Counted from the first letter of the stretch, positions 19,151-37,848 are shown. The stretch is 64,000 nucleotides of DNA from the human T2T-CHM13v2.0 reference genome, Homo sapiens (GCF_009914755.1 NC_060934.1); one strand, 5' to 3'. Numbers and translations: made by a program. The notes: a model not told the origin generated them from the sequence alone.

Positions 19151-19539
19151 ATTGAATCAAAGACAAGATTCATTCATTGAATAATTCAACAACTATTCTG
19201 TTGGATGCTGTACAATATGAAGTTAGCCTTGGATCTTAGGGTCTCACAGACTAGAGGGGAAGATAAGCATATACATAAATCATTGTAATAAAAATAATTT
19301 TCCCACAGAGATTTATGCAGCTCTGGTTGCTTTTAACTAGGACTACAATGGAAAAGAAGCAAGGCTGGGTTTCTGGATTGGGCTTGGAAAGTGGTTCTAA
19401 AAACAGATCTAGAAGGAGGTGTCCAACCTGTTTGAGTAAATGCAACTTTGATGGAATGATTATATACCCTCCCAACAGTGCTAATTCTGGCTTATTCAGA
19501 TATTGATATTCTGGTAGGTGTCATTTTTAAAATGTGATC

Positions 19540-19907
<368 letters not shown>

Positions 19908-19974
19908 TGATAATCAAATGATGCAAAAATTTTCCACTGTGTTTTTCTAAGCTGGCCTAAAATCAATGGGGCCA

Positions 19975-21758
<1,784 letters not shown>

Positions 21759-22299
21759 TGAATGCACCCTTTCTTTGGTGACTGTTTCATTAAGCAGGAG
21801 CGCAGTGCTGAGGAGAAACATTTACACTTACCAGATGCCATCAGAGCCCCTTTGGTATAAAAGCCTTAAAGATTCTTTAGAGAATAGAAACACAAATAAG
21901 TTAGGAAGGCCTATCAGGGAAAATGCTGGACAGCATAGCATGACCCCAGGGTAAGCAATAGTCGATTTAAATTGATTTCACAAATGGACTTTCAAAATGA
22001 AACTGTGTAGTTGTTGTATTTGACTATCCAGGAAGTTTTTGTCCCTTCTTCTGGGCACTCATCATGTCCCTCCACCCCAGTAGCAGCACCCCACCTCCTT
22101 GTAGCAATGATCTGTTCAAGGGGTACACTGAGAACCAAAAGAGCCCGTCTGAGTTCTTTCTGAAATATTTTTGCAATGCTTGAAGAAGGAAACTCTCTCT
22201 TTGCACTGCAGTCACTTAGCTAAGATCATCAGCCACTATATACCGCTCCTCTCAGAGAAGTCCTCGGTGGAAGAGAGAGAATAACGCCAGTGTGCAAAG

Positions 22300-22526
<227 letters not shown>

Positions 22527-23154
22527 TGTGCAAATGTGCAAAGGCAAGTTGGGAAGGAAGAAGCTACACTCTTACAGGTCTGCCTATGACTGGAACAGAT
22601 ACTCTGGCATCCTTCCAGAGGCAGCGTACCTTTTCTTACTGAAGAGCCTATGGCCTGGGCTTCTCTCATTTGTCCCCAGAGAGTCCTGACTAATACAATT
22701 GTCATCTTGGGAAAAAAACCCTAGTATAAATAACCTGAATTTCCAGCACAGTTCCCAAGTATTTGGGTAGCACAAGCTGGTTTTTCAGGCCCTAATCACC
22801 TGCTGGATAAACCAGCCACTGTGGTCCCAGATTGGGTATTAAATTCTGCAGTCCAGAGAGATGGGAGTGGCTTTGAGACTTTCTCAAATTTCTCTGCACC
22901 CTTCATTTAACCGCAAGTGGTCACAGTGTGTGGTTTATGCGTTGAGTGTTGAATGCAGCTATACATACATTGTTGCCTCATTCACAGATTGCTTTATGTC
23001 TGTATGGCTTGCCTCCTCAGTTACACTGTAACAGTTTTATGGGCAAGAGTCTATAGTTTGTTTCTCTCTCGCTGCAATCACTGAGTAGATACTCAATAAA
23101 CAAGATTGAATGGGTAGAGCAAATATAAAAGGCCAATGTTAAAACTAAGTCTCA

Positions 23155-23325
23155 GCCTGTAATCCTAGCTACTGGGGAGGCTGAGGCATGGGAATCACTT
23201 GAACCCAGGAAGGATCCCAGGAGGCAGAGGTTGCAGTGAGCCGAGATCGTGCCACTGCACTGCAGCCTGGGTGACGGAGCAAGACTCTGTCCCAAAAAAA
23301 AAATAAAAAAATAAAAATAAAAAAC
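23155..23325 (+). mobile_element. Alu right-arm fragment
   Basis: gcctgtaatcctagctact...A-rich tail; short internal duplication cccaggaaggatcccaggagg. Confidence 0.88.
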
Positions 23326-24036
23326 AGCAACAATGAAGTCTCTTGAGGGAAATAAAACTAAAGAGAGTAGAAGAGTTCAACCAGAAATTAGAAATTCACA
23401 GAATTCAGGATGGACGTCTAAGAAATACTGAATGAATGAAATAACCTTGCCTTCTCCCTCCTGCTCCATTGCCAGCAACATTCAAGCCAAAGCACAGGGG
23501 CATACGCACTAGCACAGAGAGAACCCGGTTGCTGCCAAGACTCAACATGACTTTACCACCTGGTCTGGTCATGGTTCTTGGTCAACTCATTAGGAAGCTT
23601 GGTGGGGAGTTTACGCATGGCTAGCCCTGTTGCACATGAATGCTTTTTAGAAAAGAGACCAGTGGGTTAGTGCGGAAAAATGTGAAAGGGTTATGCCAAT
23701 CTGATTTCCTCTAGCCTATGGTAGTGTCACTGGGCTTGTCACATTCACTGTGCCTGAATAGCTTCTTCCCAGCCACCAACCAATACCACTTGGAAGACAA
23801 ACCTACCAGCGATTTTGAAAGAATTGCCTTCTAAACTCGCTTGATTTTCATGTGAGGACCCATTATATTTCTCACGCTCCATCACATGCTAATCTTGAAA
23901 CATTTATATTTCTTCCAAAAGTAGAATGCCCTTCTGAGATTTTACTAAGTCATAGCTACTTTCTTCTCATTGTTTTAGAGATGTGGAATTTTTCCAATTG
24001 TGCATTTTCAGTTAATTTGTTTTAAAACAGCACGTA

Positions 24037-24360
<324 letters not shown>

Positions 24361-25179
24361 ACAACATATATACAAAAGCTCATTTAATTAATACATTAAA
24401 GCAATTTTCTACATAAATATTAAGAAGTGTATATGTGTTAAAGTAAAGTTTTGTTCTAATATAAATGCACAACTATGAAAATATATATAAATGTAGGACC
24501 TCATGGCAACAGGACAAAAGAGGCAAAAATATGCACTTCTCATTTACATCTCACTCGGCAGGGCAGGCAAGTCTCTCAGATATCATGAATAAACATTTAA
24601 AAATGTTTAGATATACAGGAGGAGCTTTTATGGAAATCTGCATTTTTTTCATTTGGGATTTTCTTAAAATGGGCTGTATCTGTACTTTTCCTTGTCTTCA
24701 CAGTACTTCTTTGATAAGATGTACTTTGAAAAAAAAATCCATAAATATGTGTGTTTTCAACCAGGAGAATCTGGCGTTGTATTGGTGTACTAATGTAGAA
24801 AACAAGCAAAAGAGACTAGGCAATGCAGTTTGTTGCCCATTTTCACAATTTCCATAGGAATTAAAGAGTTCGACTCCGTGTTGTTATCATTTAGGCCCAC
24901 ATGAAATAGAGCCCTTTTCTAGAAGTGTTTAGAAATATCCCAGAAAAATATTAGCTTATCCAAAACTGCACGATTTGTGTAAGGAGAAATCAATGACATA
25001 ACAGATTTCTCATTTTTCTGTCAATTGTGCTAAGACCCTATAACTCAAACAAGGTGATGCTATTTCCAGATGGCTATAGCTGCTCCCTATAGGTTTCCTC
25101 TCAAACATAAAAGTTATTCTTTAAAAACACTGCAGCCAATGAATGATATAGAGAATTTCATTTCTGAAGGTGCAAATTA

Positions 25180-25495
<316 letters not shown>

Positions 25496-25759
25496 TACTG
25501 GAAATCAGACTTCTAGTGAAACTAAAAACCAATGACAAAGACAGATACCAGTTTGCTGAAGAGTTCAGTCATGTCTCTTATGACTGCCACCCATAGGGAA
25601 TGTTCTCTGCCTGAAAGATCTCCCTGCACCCCAACACCAATCCCAATCAATTTGGTTGTCTGCTCAACTACCCATCTACACTCAGCAGAACCATTAGTTT
25701 TCCAAGGGATGTCTCTTAACCTACCACCCTCCCTCACCAAGAATTTGCCTCTCTCTCTT

Positions 25760-25955
25760 CTGAGCTTCCATCTCACCAACTGTATATTCATTTCCAGTAA
25801 AACATATGACACAGTGTCACATTTATTTATTTTTCTATCTCTGTGAACTCCTGGAGAACAGGGAAAGTTACTGTCTCCTCCCCAGACCCCCCACCAATGA
25901 TTAGCAGTGTCTATTTTAGTCAACAATAAATATTTGCTCACTAAATAAATGAGTC
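25760..25955 (+). mobile_element. L2 3' fragment
   Basis: ctgtgaactcctggagaacaggg...gtcaacaataaatatttgctcactaaataaatga. Confidence 0.55.
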
Positions 25956-26914
25956 AGTAATTTTTCTGAAAACCAAGTTCATGATCTCGTTTTGACTTTT
26001 TATGGAAATTTGTGTGAGATGAGCCTGGCTTGTTAGGGTACAACACATAATTAAGCTTTTTTTTATTGATGACCCAAGTTCATTCTCACTTTAGAAAACA
26101 CACACTGAGAACCTCTGCCTGTTGATATGTACAGAATGCCACCTAGAATCCCAAAAAGTCTCTGTCTCTCCTCTTTTTTCAGACTTTCTCTTCTCCCAGT
26201 TTTTAGTAAAACTGCCTCTAACAGAATTCACAATCCACCTCTCCTAATTGGCAGCCTTTAATCTGCTAAGGGCAGAGGAATTTGATAACTAAGCTTATTA
26301 AACTCATGTGACTAAAATGAAATAGTATCTGAATTGGTGCCTATCGAGTAATAATGTCTTGGAGCTTTGGAATTTGGAATGTGTGACAATTAGTTCCGCT
26401 GTTTGAGGTCTTGGAAATTACTTCATGATTTCTCCACCCTAGTTTGCAGCCCTGACCTCGGTATAATTGAGATTTTACAATATTTAAGTGCCTTAGATAT
26501 GATTTACCATAATCCATCCTTAAAAGAAAATGACTTACGTGGAAATTACTGAGAATCAGAAAATGGACATGTAAAATGAATTAAATGGCTCTTGGTACAC
26601 TCTGAAATAGGCAAATCGATTTCTGCCCTGAATCTGACGATTTGCAATACCGAAAATGCCACCACACTACTTTATGGAGATATTATGTATCAGTCAGAAC
26701 AGGCTTGATTATGCTGTACAAACAACATGGAACAAACAAAGTGAAGCTTCCCCTGACAGTGTTTCCCTCCCCTACCATTCATGCTACATGTCCATCAGGA
26801 ATCACCCCTGGGTCTACATTCTCACCCTGGGGCCCAGTTGTTTCTCTCCACATTGTCAGTCTTCTGGCAGAGGGAAAGGGACACAGTGTACCACATCCTG
26901 GCTCACAAAACTTC

Positions 26915-27200
26915 TGTCCAGGCACAGTGGCTCACACCTGTAGTTCCAACACTTTGGGAGGCTGAGACAGGAGCATCACTTGAGCCCAGGAGGTGGTGAT
27001 CAGTCTGGGCAACATAGCAAGACCCTATTTCTGAGAAAACATTTTAATTATCTGGGTGTTGTGGTCCCAGTTACGCAGGAGGCTGAGGCAGGATTGCTTG
27101 AGCCCAGGAGTTCAAGGCTGTAGTGGGCTATGATGGTACCACTGCACTCCAACCTGGTTGTCACGGTGAGATTCTGTCTCTTAAAAAACAAAACAAAACC
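26915..27200 (+). mobile_element. Alu (AluJ-like) within a probable MLT1 fragment (~26685-27270)
   Basis: Degenerate dimeric Alu; TSD aaaacttctgtcca/aaaaccttctgccca. Confidence 0.88.
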
Positions 27201-27499
27201 TTCTGCCCAGAAGTGACACACATCACTCTGACCTTCTTTCAATGGCCAAAGCATGTCCTATGGCCACTCTGAGTGCAGCCAGGTACTTCCTGCGGGGATG
27301 GAAACTAGAATATTTAGTAAATGGAAATACAGTCTACTATAATGACTGTAAAAGACAGAGTGCAGGCATCAGATGCACACATTAGCAGCAAAGAATAGTG
27401 ACAGCCATCCTTCCAGTGGAAGATGGACTGTACCTTGGAATCTTTCTTACTCCAACATTCTGGACAACCACTACCAACTGGCAGAGGCCAGCAACTAAG

Positions 27500-28400
27500 A
27501 TAAGAAGTATCTGCCAACCCTTCTACAGAGTCAGAGAGTCCAAGCTTCAGGGTTAAGGGAAGTCTTTCTAGAAGAGCTGGAGACTTTCTGGAAGAACTGC
27601 CCTCTGCCGTGAGGATGGGCAGTTAATGAACCACGCGAGGCAGGAAAGATTGTTTGAGGTAGCAGCACAGGTGAAGCTCTAGAGGGGAGATGGGTGAAAT
27701 GAGGGTCCCCTGGCACTCTCAATGAGGAGAGATGGTGCAGTGACAGAGGAGACAGAAAAAGGGAGGCAGAACAGGTGTTAAGGAGGTCAAGTTGATTAGA
27801 CAGGATTGTGTGGGAATTAAAGAAGAAGCAGTGAAAGAGGACATTTGAGTTTTCTGCTTGAGCGGAGTCTAGAGGATGCTGACATTCAGGAACTAGGCAG
27901 GAGGAAGGAAGGACAGGTCTGTGGGGTGACATGAGGTCAGGGCTGGATATGAGCAGTGTGAGCTGCTGTGGAGCCACACAGGGCACAGCTGGATCCCAGG
28001 CCTGAAGCTCAAGGTAAGAGCTGAACTCCAAATATGAACATGAGCATCATCAGCTTAGAGCTAGCCATGGAAGTCCTGGACTCCAAGACTGCGTTGGAAC
28101 AAAGTGACTGGGACACGCAGCATGGAGGATTTCCATCAGAGCTTGGAGGAATGTTACTGGAGAAGGGGAGCAAGAGCACGTAGCCAAAGAGGTGGGGGGT
28201 GACACGGGTGAGTGTGGCAAGAGGGAAGCTGAGGGCAGAGAGACCGAGAAGGAGGAGACTGACGGGGAGCCACTGAATTCACTCAAAAAGTGGTGTACTG
28301 GTACCTGGCAAAAAGTGGGTGAAAGCCTGGGTAAGGGGGGCAGGACTGGAGGCTGCTCTCAATGATTGATAGGTGAATGGGAAGCGGGGAGGCAGAGGCA
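27500..28400 (-). mobile_element. L2 fragment(s)
   Basis: ggaagtctttctagaagagctggagact..., tttgagttttctgcttgag..., purine-rich L2-like motifs; boundaries approximate. Confidence 0.55.
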
Positions 28401-28985
28401 TCCTTCACTCACCAATGTGCTTCAACAACAGAATCTTCTCCCTTTTCTCCCTCCTTCCCCTGCCCAGATAAACATCAAATCCTCCTCTGAATAAAAGTCC
28501 CCATTCGAGTTAAAATAAGAAACATGAAAACAGATGGGTTTTCCAAAAACATGTCCATAGTTCCAATATTCAAAATTACCCATTTGTAGCACTGTGCCTT
28601 CTTTTAAATTTAAAAATGATTACACATCATCTTCTATAGTGTGTCACATATGCAGAACGTACAAATGGCCTCTATGTTGATGACTCCCCGGTTTGTATTT
28701 CCAGCCCAGATCTCTGCCCCAAGTCCCAGCTGTCCCATTGAACATCCTGCTCACAACTCAGACCAAACATGGCCAAAGGCATCTTCCAGGTGCACTGTGA
28801 GCTCCAGGAGAATGGAAAGAATGAAAGTCCTGTCCGGTTAGGCCAAGAGCTACGGTCTTCCCAGTGAAGTGCTTGCAAAACAGTATTTATCACCCCAAGA
28901 ACCACTGCCTACTAAAACTACACACAAAGATTCTTGCTATAAACAAAGATACATGGATATCTTCTAAATCACAAGGGCACAAGTA

Positions 28986-29249
28986 CAGTCAGCCCTCCGT
29001 ATCCATGAACTCAACCAATCGCCAATCAAAATATTTGAACAAAAGTGTAGAAATTCCTTTTCTTGTCATTATTCCATAAACAATACAACAACTATTTACA
29101 CAGCATTTACATTGTATTAGGTATTATAAGTAATCTAGAGTGATTTAAAGTATACAGGAGGATGCGTGTAGGTTATATGAAAACACTTTGCCATTTTATG
29201 TCAGGGACTTGATGTTCTGGAACCTACCCCCACAGATATTGAGGGACTG
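28986..29249 (-). mobile_element. MER2 (TcMar-Tigger MITE)
   Basis: TIRs cagtc..gactg with TA TSDs; ggtattataagtaatctagagtgatttaaagtatac core. Confidence 0.85.
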
Positions 29250-29559
29250 TATTCCCTCCTTTGTTTTCTCTCTCAATTATAAGAATATATTTATACAATA
29301 AACAAATTAGTCACACTTAACACTTTTATTTTGGTACTTATCCAACTCACTGACCTGTGTCACACAACATCACTTGGAGCCAAATGCCAGCCTTTAGGAA
29401 TTAGGAAGCTGAATGGCCGCCCTATCGCCACCTGGTTTTGTCATTAGCCAGTTTCCTCCTGGCTCAGAAGGCACCACAGCTCATCGTTGCTGGCCCCTGC
29501 TGTTCACTTCCTGTTTGTGGTTCAGTCTAGATCCATTTATCTACTGAGCTTTAGAAACA

Positions 29560-29865
29560 CATCTCCAACCCACCAGCAGATCCATGCAGATGACCTGCAG
29601 ACACTTCCGGCTCAACAAGACAAAACCAAGGTCATTATTCTATACCAAAAATGCCAATTTTTTCCCAGCGTCCCACCACCACCCACCCAGCCACCCCAAC
29701 TAGAACCTCAGCACAATTTTGATTCCTCCCTCTCCTCCATGCCCCAAGGTCAACTCCACCTCCTGAACCTCTCTCGGATTCGTCTGTGTATTTCCTTCCC
29801 TACCACTGTGAACTGGGTTCAAGCCTCCATCATCTCTTTCCTGGCTTACTAACATAGCCTTTGAC
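29560..29865 (+). mobile_element. L2 fragment
   Basis: ttttgattcctccctctcc...ggttcaagcctccatcatctctttcctgg. Confidence 0.55.
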
Positions 29866-30293
29866 TGCAGTCAAGAAAACAAGTTCGTGTTTCACATTTA
29901 GCTAAGAAGACTTTAAATGTCTACACATGCAATTCCATTGTTGGGGGCCGGAGGTTGCCCCTTATGAAACATCTTGGTTATAAAATTTTCCTGCCAGAAC
30001 ATTTGAACTTGGATTCTCATTTTCCTCAAAAATCTTAAGAGTTCATGTGTCTGGGCCATTTCAATACATAAATAAAAAAGAATAAAGCATCAAGGATGCT
30101 AGCTAGATGTTATGTTCTTTCTATCACAATGAAAAAAATGTATGAGACAAATAGGCAGCCTACAAAATACACTGTTAACACAAAACAAAAATACTTCACT
30201 TCTTTATCCAATTAGCTATCAGTACCTCAAGTTTCCTCTGAAATTCTCCCAAATTCAGTCGTTGTTCTTCATCTCTCCACTTGAACTTATTAA

Positions 30294-30641
<348 letters not shown>

Positions 30642-31282
30642 TAGTTTTTTCTCATCTTGCATTTGCTATTGATATTTTTACCCATAGCTAATTTAACCCT
30701 ATAACATATCTTTTTCTTCTATTTGTTAAGGGCGATTTTAGTTATGTCGTATCTTACAGAGTATCAGCAACTACAGGCAATCTGATAATGGAAGAGTTCT
30801 GTTCTCAATTCTTCATCAAGTTGTCCAAAGATACATTAAGCAGAACTGGTCGTTATGTGCTATCACTACTCATATGGTCTTTCATTGATTGTGGGAACAA
30901 GGATACATGTTCTACGGGTGTGCCATTCATTCATTCATTCATTCATTGATATGCCATTACTACAGTCAAGAGAAAGCACCAGCTTCCCAAAGTTAAAATA
31001 AACATATCTAGTACTATCCCACTGTTTGCCTGTGCTTCTAAATATAGAAGGCAGTTAGATTGCTCTAATACCATTTAGTTTGTGCAAAACCCTGTTTTTT
31101 ACTATGTTCCTCTAGAAGTAACAGTAAATTATGTGATGATTTATTCCGATATCACTTCATGTATTTGAAGTTCGTCTGACCTGCCTATAATTTCCCTTGT
31201 CAATCTATTCTGGCTGTGTGTTTTATAAGCTAGTCACAATACTATATTTTAATTCACATGGACTTCTTTTTACCTCTATAAT

Positions 31283-31284
<2 letters not shown>

Positions 31285-31326
<42 letters not shown>
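31285..31326. repeat. (AAT)14 microsatellite
   Basis: Perfect trinucleotide run. Confidence 0.95.
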
Positions 31327-31327
<1 letters not shown>

Positions 31328-32761
31328 GCTCACCACCAGAGTAGCACCTGCCAGTTCCTTTAGTAGCCAACAGGCCTTACTAATACAAATAGTTCCAGTT
31401 CTTCAAAGCACTTTTTAACTCTTTTTCTATTTTGACTCTCTACTTTCATCAAACCTGGGAACTGTTCCAGGCCCCTTCACATCTGATATTTCTTATGAAG
31501 AATGAATCGAGTAAGGCATTAAAAAGCCTTTGCCTTTTCACCAGCTTATGTTATCAGCTTTCCCAGCCTGTCCATCAGAGACCCATGCCAAGCAACTTGT
31601 GAAATTATATTACTCTAAAGTCTTTCTGGAACTTTCAGTAGCTAGCCCATATGGACAGGATCCAAAGTGGACTCACAGTATATTTTCTCTGATGTGGGAA
31701 CAGTTTATGACAAGAGAATAATGAAAATCTAAATTGCCTTGTACAATTTATTGTATTTTATTTTTGTTCTTGGCTTCTTGCGTATCTACCAAGGAGAAAA
31801 GAGGAAATAATTTTTTAAGAGTACTTTTATTCATTTAGCAACAAGTCTTTTTTTTTTTTTTTCCATTTTAGCAGAGCCAAATGAAGATTCTTCAAGATAT
31901 GGTATCTTTTCACTTGGCTGTTTCTGCCTGGGTGACTCAGAGGATAAGTATTTGGGAAAGACATGAATGGTAGTGCCAGGGTCCACCAGCCCAGAAGCAT
32001 TGGACGCATTTTATCATAGGACCATGAGTTGGACAAAATTTTATAGGTGAGAAAAAAAGAAATGGGCTGGAGAAGGGAGACTGTCATCTCTCTTGGCTTG
32101 CTCTGTCTCCTCCTCTCACCCATCAAGTCAAGGGAACCAGACGCCCAAAGCCAAGTTCATCAGTCCCTCCATCGGCACTGAAAAAATCCATCAGTGTTCA
32201 TAAGCTGCTAAGCTTGTGTAAACTGAATGCCATCTCCAAATTTCCAGTCTTGCCAACAAGCTGAAACAGGAGAAAGAATATGCAACCAGATGGGGGTCAC
32301 AGCATTTTAAGTGCTTTCTTCAAGATTAAGAGTTGGTAGAACCAAGAAAAGGAAAAGACATACAGAATGTCTTCAGCTCATGTATCCACAGATCTCTGTC
32401 TTGTTCAGGTATATCTAAGCTCATCCACTGGAAGAGGAGAACAATATTTTATCCTGAAAAATCTACTGCTTCGTAAACAAATCAATACATTTCTTGTGAA
32501 AATCTTTTATAAAAATGTCCTAGACTGGTTTCCTTAGCCTTCATTGCATGTGTTACTCATGATCCATGAATCACACAAAGTTCTCACTGACCTTCTTTTC
32601 TACAGAGATATTTTTTGCGGGAACCAGAAAACATTTTGTCGTTTTTGTGAAAGACTATTTTCCATTCTAAGCTTTCCATAGAAAACTATATTTATCTGTG
32701 GTTTGACACATTAAGCATCACTACTCAACTTAATTTGTTCTTATGGGTCCTTAAGAGTCTA

Positions 32762-33356
<595 letters not shown>

Positions 33357-33699
33357 TTTTTGTTGGAAGAAACAAAAAAGGCTAAAGAAGACCAGAAGTC
33401 TGCTCCTTTGTAAATGGGACTCTTGGGTGGTGGCATGAATATTACAGACTCCTGTTAACATCAGATGACAAAGCAAGGTCACCTCTTTGCTTCTAAGTCT
33501 CACATTGTAAAATTAATTTCACCGAACCAGATTCAGCAATTGGAAGAATGGCAGTATCGTAGGAGAGACTAGAACCCTCTCGTCATAGTTTCCCAGGTGA
33601 TGGTGAAGAAAATCCTTGGGCCAACAGACAGAACACAGAAAACGCTCCCTATAATTAGGTGAAGGGATCCAAAGTGTAGGTGTGCCTATATCCATAGTA

Positions 33700-33905
33700 G
33701 TGTATTCAAAATCTGACACCACTAAGCATTATGATCTGGGAACCACCTGCATCCCATTGAGAACTCACTTAGATAGAAAGGTTTGTTTCCAATTCACATT
33801 CCAAGGCCTCATCTCAGACCAACCAACCATATCAGAATCTAGAGGTGGGGCCCATGAATCAGCTCTCTAGACTGTTCATAAGTCCACTAAGATTTCAGAA
33901 CCCCT
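33700..33905. mobile_element. MER5A-like MITE fragment
   Basis: accacctgcatc...tcagaatctagaggtggggcccatgaatc...tttcagaacccctg. Confidence 0.55.
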
Positions 33906-34569
33906 GCCCTGAAAGCTGACCCTCACAAAAGTTCCATCCAACAGGGAGTTATCTAGGGAGTGGTAAAAGGTAAAGACATTTGGCCCAGGTAGTGATGGAA
34001 CCAGGGAAATTCTAGCCTAAGAAAAGCAGATAAAAGATAAGACGAACATGGTCAGAGTGATGACCGTTGACAAGGAAAGATGGCCAGGACCAACTACAGA
34101 TTCCCTTCGATGTAGAATTTTAAAATTCTAAATCACTAAACTTTTGGGAAATGCTGAGTTAAGGGTGTTAAACGGTGCTATTAGCATAACTGTACCTTTT
34201 AAAACCAAATCACTAAACTGCTATTTAAACTGTTAAGCTTAAGGATTTTGAAGCTAATCGGATTATTTAGGATGTGATTTTAATGTAAGTAGAGTCCAAA
34301 CAAGAATGGCAATTTTCTATTAAATCTTGAAGGTTTTTGAAATCAATTCATCTTAAATCTGAATTTGGGGCACTTGGTGCTCAGAGAGAAAGGGACATCT
34401 CAGTGGCATCTGTCTCCTAGTCACTGGTTAGCTTCATCTTGATGCAATGAGATGTAATATATTCCCTTCAGCTTTTTGAGAAAATGACAAGGAAGACTTG
34501 GGGTTATCTCTCTCATGCCTCCCTCATCCATGAGTCCTCTTAGTACTGTTCAAAAGATGACGGAACTAG

Positions 34570-34705
34570 AATGTAAGAAAACCTGGGTTCTGAGCTCTAC
34601 AAATCCCCTAACTAGACTGGATAAGTCATTTAACCTTGGTAGGTTGCAGCTTCCTAGTCAGTAAAATGAAAAAGTTAGACCAGATTATCCTCTGGCTCTA
34701 ACATT
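34570..34705. mobile_element. MIR
   Basis: gaaaacctgggttctgagctc...ataagtcatttaacct...cagcttcctagtcagtaaaatg core. Confidence 0.65.
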
Positions 34706-35183
34706 CGAAATGTAACATTACACACAATAGTGATGCTGTGCTTTAGGCTTTAAATAGGATTAAATAGATCCCATAAGCATGTCCATTTATTTTCCCCTAA
34801 AGAGAAATGTAATATGTCAAAATAATCCTGTTGTTAATATTGTGACTTGGAGTGGAAAAAGCATACATGGAAAGAAACAAACACTACTGTGGACTTCAAT
34901 ACCACTGAGTTCTAGGATCCTCGTCCTTCCCTCTCTCTTCCCACTGTCCTTTGATTCCCTGCCTTTCCCTATTCTCATCCTCAGTCAGCTAATTCCCCTT
35001 GTTGGATATACATGGAATATAAACCATAATACAATTTGCATATAAAACTCGCTTCTCAAAAATACTGTTGAGGCTAGTATCTTAGATTAGCCTGAAGAAG
35101 TTGTTTAAAAGCCCTTTTATTAAAGAGTTTATTTAAAGAAAAAAAACAGAATGTTTACACGGGCTTTAGAGCAACTTGGTTTT

Positions 35184-35185
<2 letters not shown>

Positions 35186-35224
<39 letters not shown>
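35186..35224. repeat. (TG)n microsatellite at Alu tail
   Basis: About 19 perfect TG units. Confidence 0.95.
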
Positions 35225-35228
<4 letters not shown>

Positions 35229-35504
35229 GAGACAGGGTCTCAGTCTGTCACCCATGCTGGAGAGCAGTGACCTGATCATAGTTCACTAAAGCCTCAAGCT
35301 CCTGGGCTCATGCAACCCTCCTGCCTCAGTTTTCCCAGTAGCTGGGACCACAGATGCTCACCACCATGTCTGGCTAATTTTTACAATTTTTTATAGAGGT
35401 GAAGTCTCACTATGTTGCCCAAGCTAGTCTCATACTCCTGGTCTCAAGCAATCCTCCTCCCTCAGCTGCGACAGGATTACAGGTATGAGCCATCAGGCCC
35501 GGCC
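35225..35504 (-). mobile_element. Alu (AluJ-like)
   Basis: Reverse-strand Alu ending ccggcc. Confidence 0.9.
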
Positions 35505-35867
35505 TGAGTGTATATCTTTTTAACATAGATTTTGGCTAGTTTCATCACATTGGTCTTTCTTTCATTAACTTATCTCTCCTTTTTGCATCACTCTAGACCC
35601 AGCTATTTCATCTGAGCTCCCCACAAATTCCTCTACCCTTCTCTATTACAAAAAGGCTCAATCAAAAATCTCCAAGGCATCCTTAAAAAAAAAAGGTAAT
35701 ATTTCCTGGCTTATATTTTATTTAAATACACTTGTAGGAGTTTTACCTTCCCAGATACCACTACTTTGGAAATTTTCACCTCCACTCTCCTAATACTTTA
35801 TTGTTTCCAAATAAAATTTATAATAATTATTCATTGCCTCTTTGCAAATAAAATGAGCTCAATATCC

Positions 35868-36181
<314 letters not shown>

Positions 36182-36875
36182 TCAATACAATGGTGTGTCC
36201 TTTCTGTTTTCTATAGCAATAGGCTGACCTCCATTTCAGCATGGCTTAAATGAGTCATTTTGTATATTGCCAGGCCCTGGGCTCTGCCTGTACTATTCTG
36301 GTTACATCATTACCCACAAAAGATTTACAAACAGGTTTCCATGGCAAGCTACAAGAACAAATGAAAGAAGTCCAAGAGAAGTGTAAACAGAAAAGATAAG
36401 TCTCGGTCAATTTCTGATGAAACTGGAATGCAAGCTACCCAAAGCAACGACTTCAATCACCACAACTGAAATGATTGTCATTCCCCTGAAACACGACAGG
36501 AACCGCCCAATAAATGAAGACATTGGACTTTTTTATGGATGTAATAGTCACAGCTCCATGAGAAAGACTCTAGTAGCACAAGGGCAGTCACCTTCTGTAT
36601 ACCAATTTTTTTCCTTGTTTAATGGTCTAGACAAGTGTTACTGCTGTAATTTGTGACCCTACGTGAAATGAACATTCGTAATAATCTCCTTTTGAATCTT
36701 GATGTTTTCTGTAACCCTGGTAGCTAAGTGCTGATAACAACAATTATCTAAATGTTGCAAAAGGATGAAATCAGTAACAATGGGTCTACTGAAAAGAGGC
36801 AAAAATGTGAGTGGATATGAATTTATAACAGCAATAGGGCTAAAGCTGCAGGGCCCTTTCATGTAGGAGGATAGC

Positions 36876-36973
36876 AACACACACACACACTCATTCACAT
36901 ACACACACATTCTCACTCACACGTGCACACATACGTACACACACTTGTACACATTCACACACACTGTCACACA
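36876..36973. repeat. Imperfect (CA)n repeat
   Basis: Interrupted CA tract. Confidence 0.85.
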
Positions 36974-37542
36974 GAGAGTGCAGAAATGAAAGGAGACATT
37001 TTCACGCATCCACACAAAAGACAAAGATCAAACTATGACTCTTTCCTCTTTGCAGCCCTACAACTCTTCCTATCACACAGCAGGTCATCAATAAATGCTC
37101 ATTGAATTGAAATATGGTACCAAATGCAGACTCAGGAAACCCAATGGTATTTAATAATTATTATGCAAATAAAACTGCATCTTTTCACACAGAAATAGGG
37201 GTGACTTGTTCTACCTCCCTTAGTAATGAGAAGCCATTCTGGACATCTTACTGCTAGACCTGGAATAATTTCTTGTTTCTCAATTCCCTCTCTTAAAAAT
37301 TCCTCCCTTCCCAATCAATCCATGAAGATAAACTCAGTTCATTTGGTGTCCTACAAGATTGTTACAGGAGCGCATAAATACACTCCTATATACATATGTA
37401 TCATCATAAGCTGAATGTATATAGAAAACAAAAAAAATTAAGGAAGTCCTCCTCTGGCCAGCTTTCCCCCATGGCCTCTCACTTGAACAGTTGTTTTGCC
37501 TGTAGCCACAGGTTTAGCAAAGAAATCAAAGTGAGATAAATC

Positions 37543-37848
37543 TAGCCAGGCATGGCGGCTCACACCTGTAATCTCATAATCCCAACAATTTGTAAGGTGG
37601 AACCAGAAACATCACTTGAGCCCAGGAGTTCGAGACCAGCCTGGGCATCACAGCAAGAAACCACACCCACCAAAAAAAAAATAGCTGGACATGGTGGCAC
37701 ACACCTGCGGTCCTATCTACTCGGAAGGCTAAGGCGGTAGGATGGCATGAGCCCAGGAGCTCACGGCTTCAGTGAGCCATGATCGTGCCACTGCACTCCA
37801 GCCTGGGTAACAGAGAAAGACCCTGTCTCTAAAAATAAAAATAAAATC
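37543..37848 (+). mobile_element. Alu (AluJ-like)
   Basis: Degenerate dimeric Alu. Confidence 0.9.

Noticed and set aside
30760-30925. Possible exon after tcttacag with an open frame
   Set aside because: No convincing donor and no recognisable protein similarity.
31332-31347. CTCF-like motif ccaccagagtagcac
   Set aside because: Breaks the GGGGGC/AGGGGC core; too weak without data.
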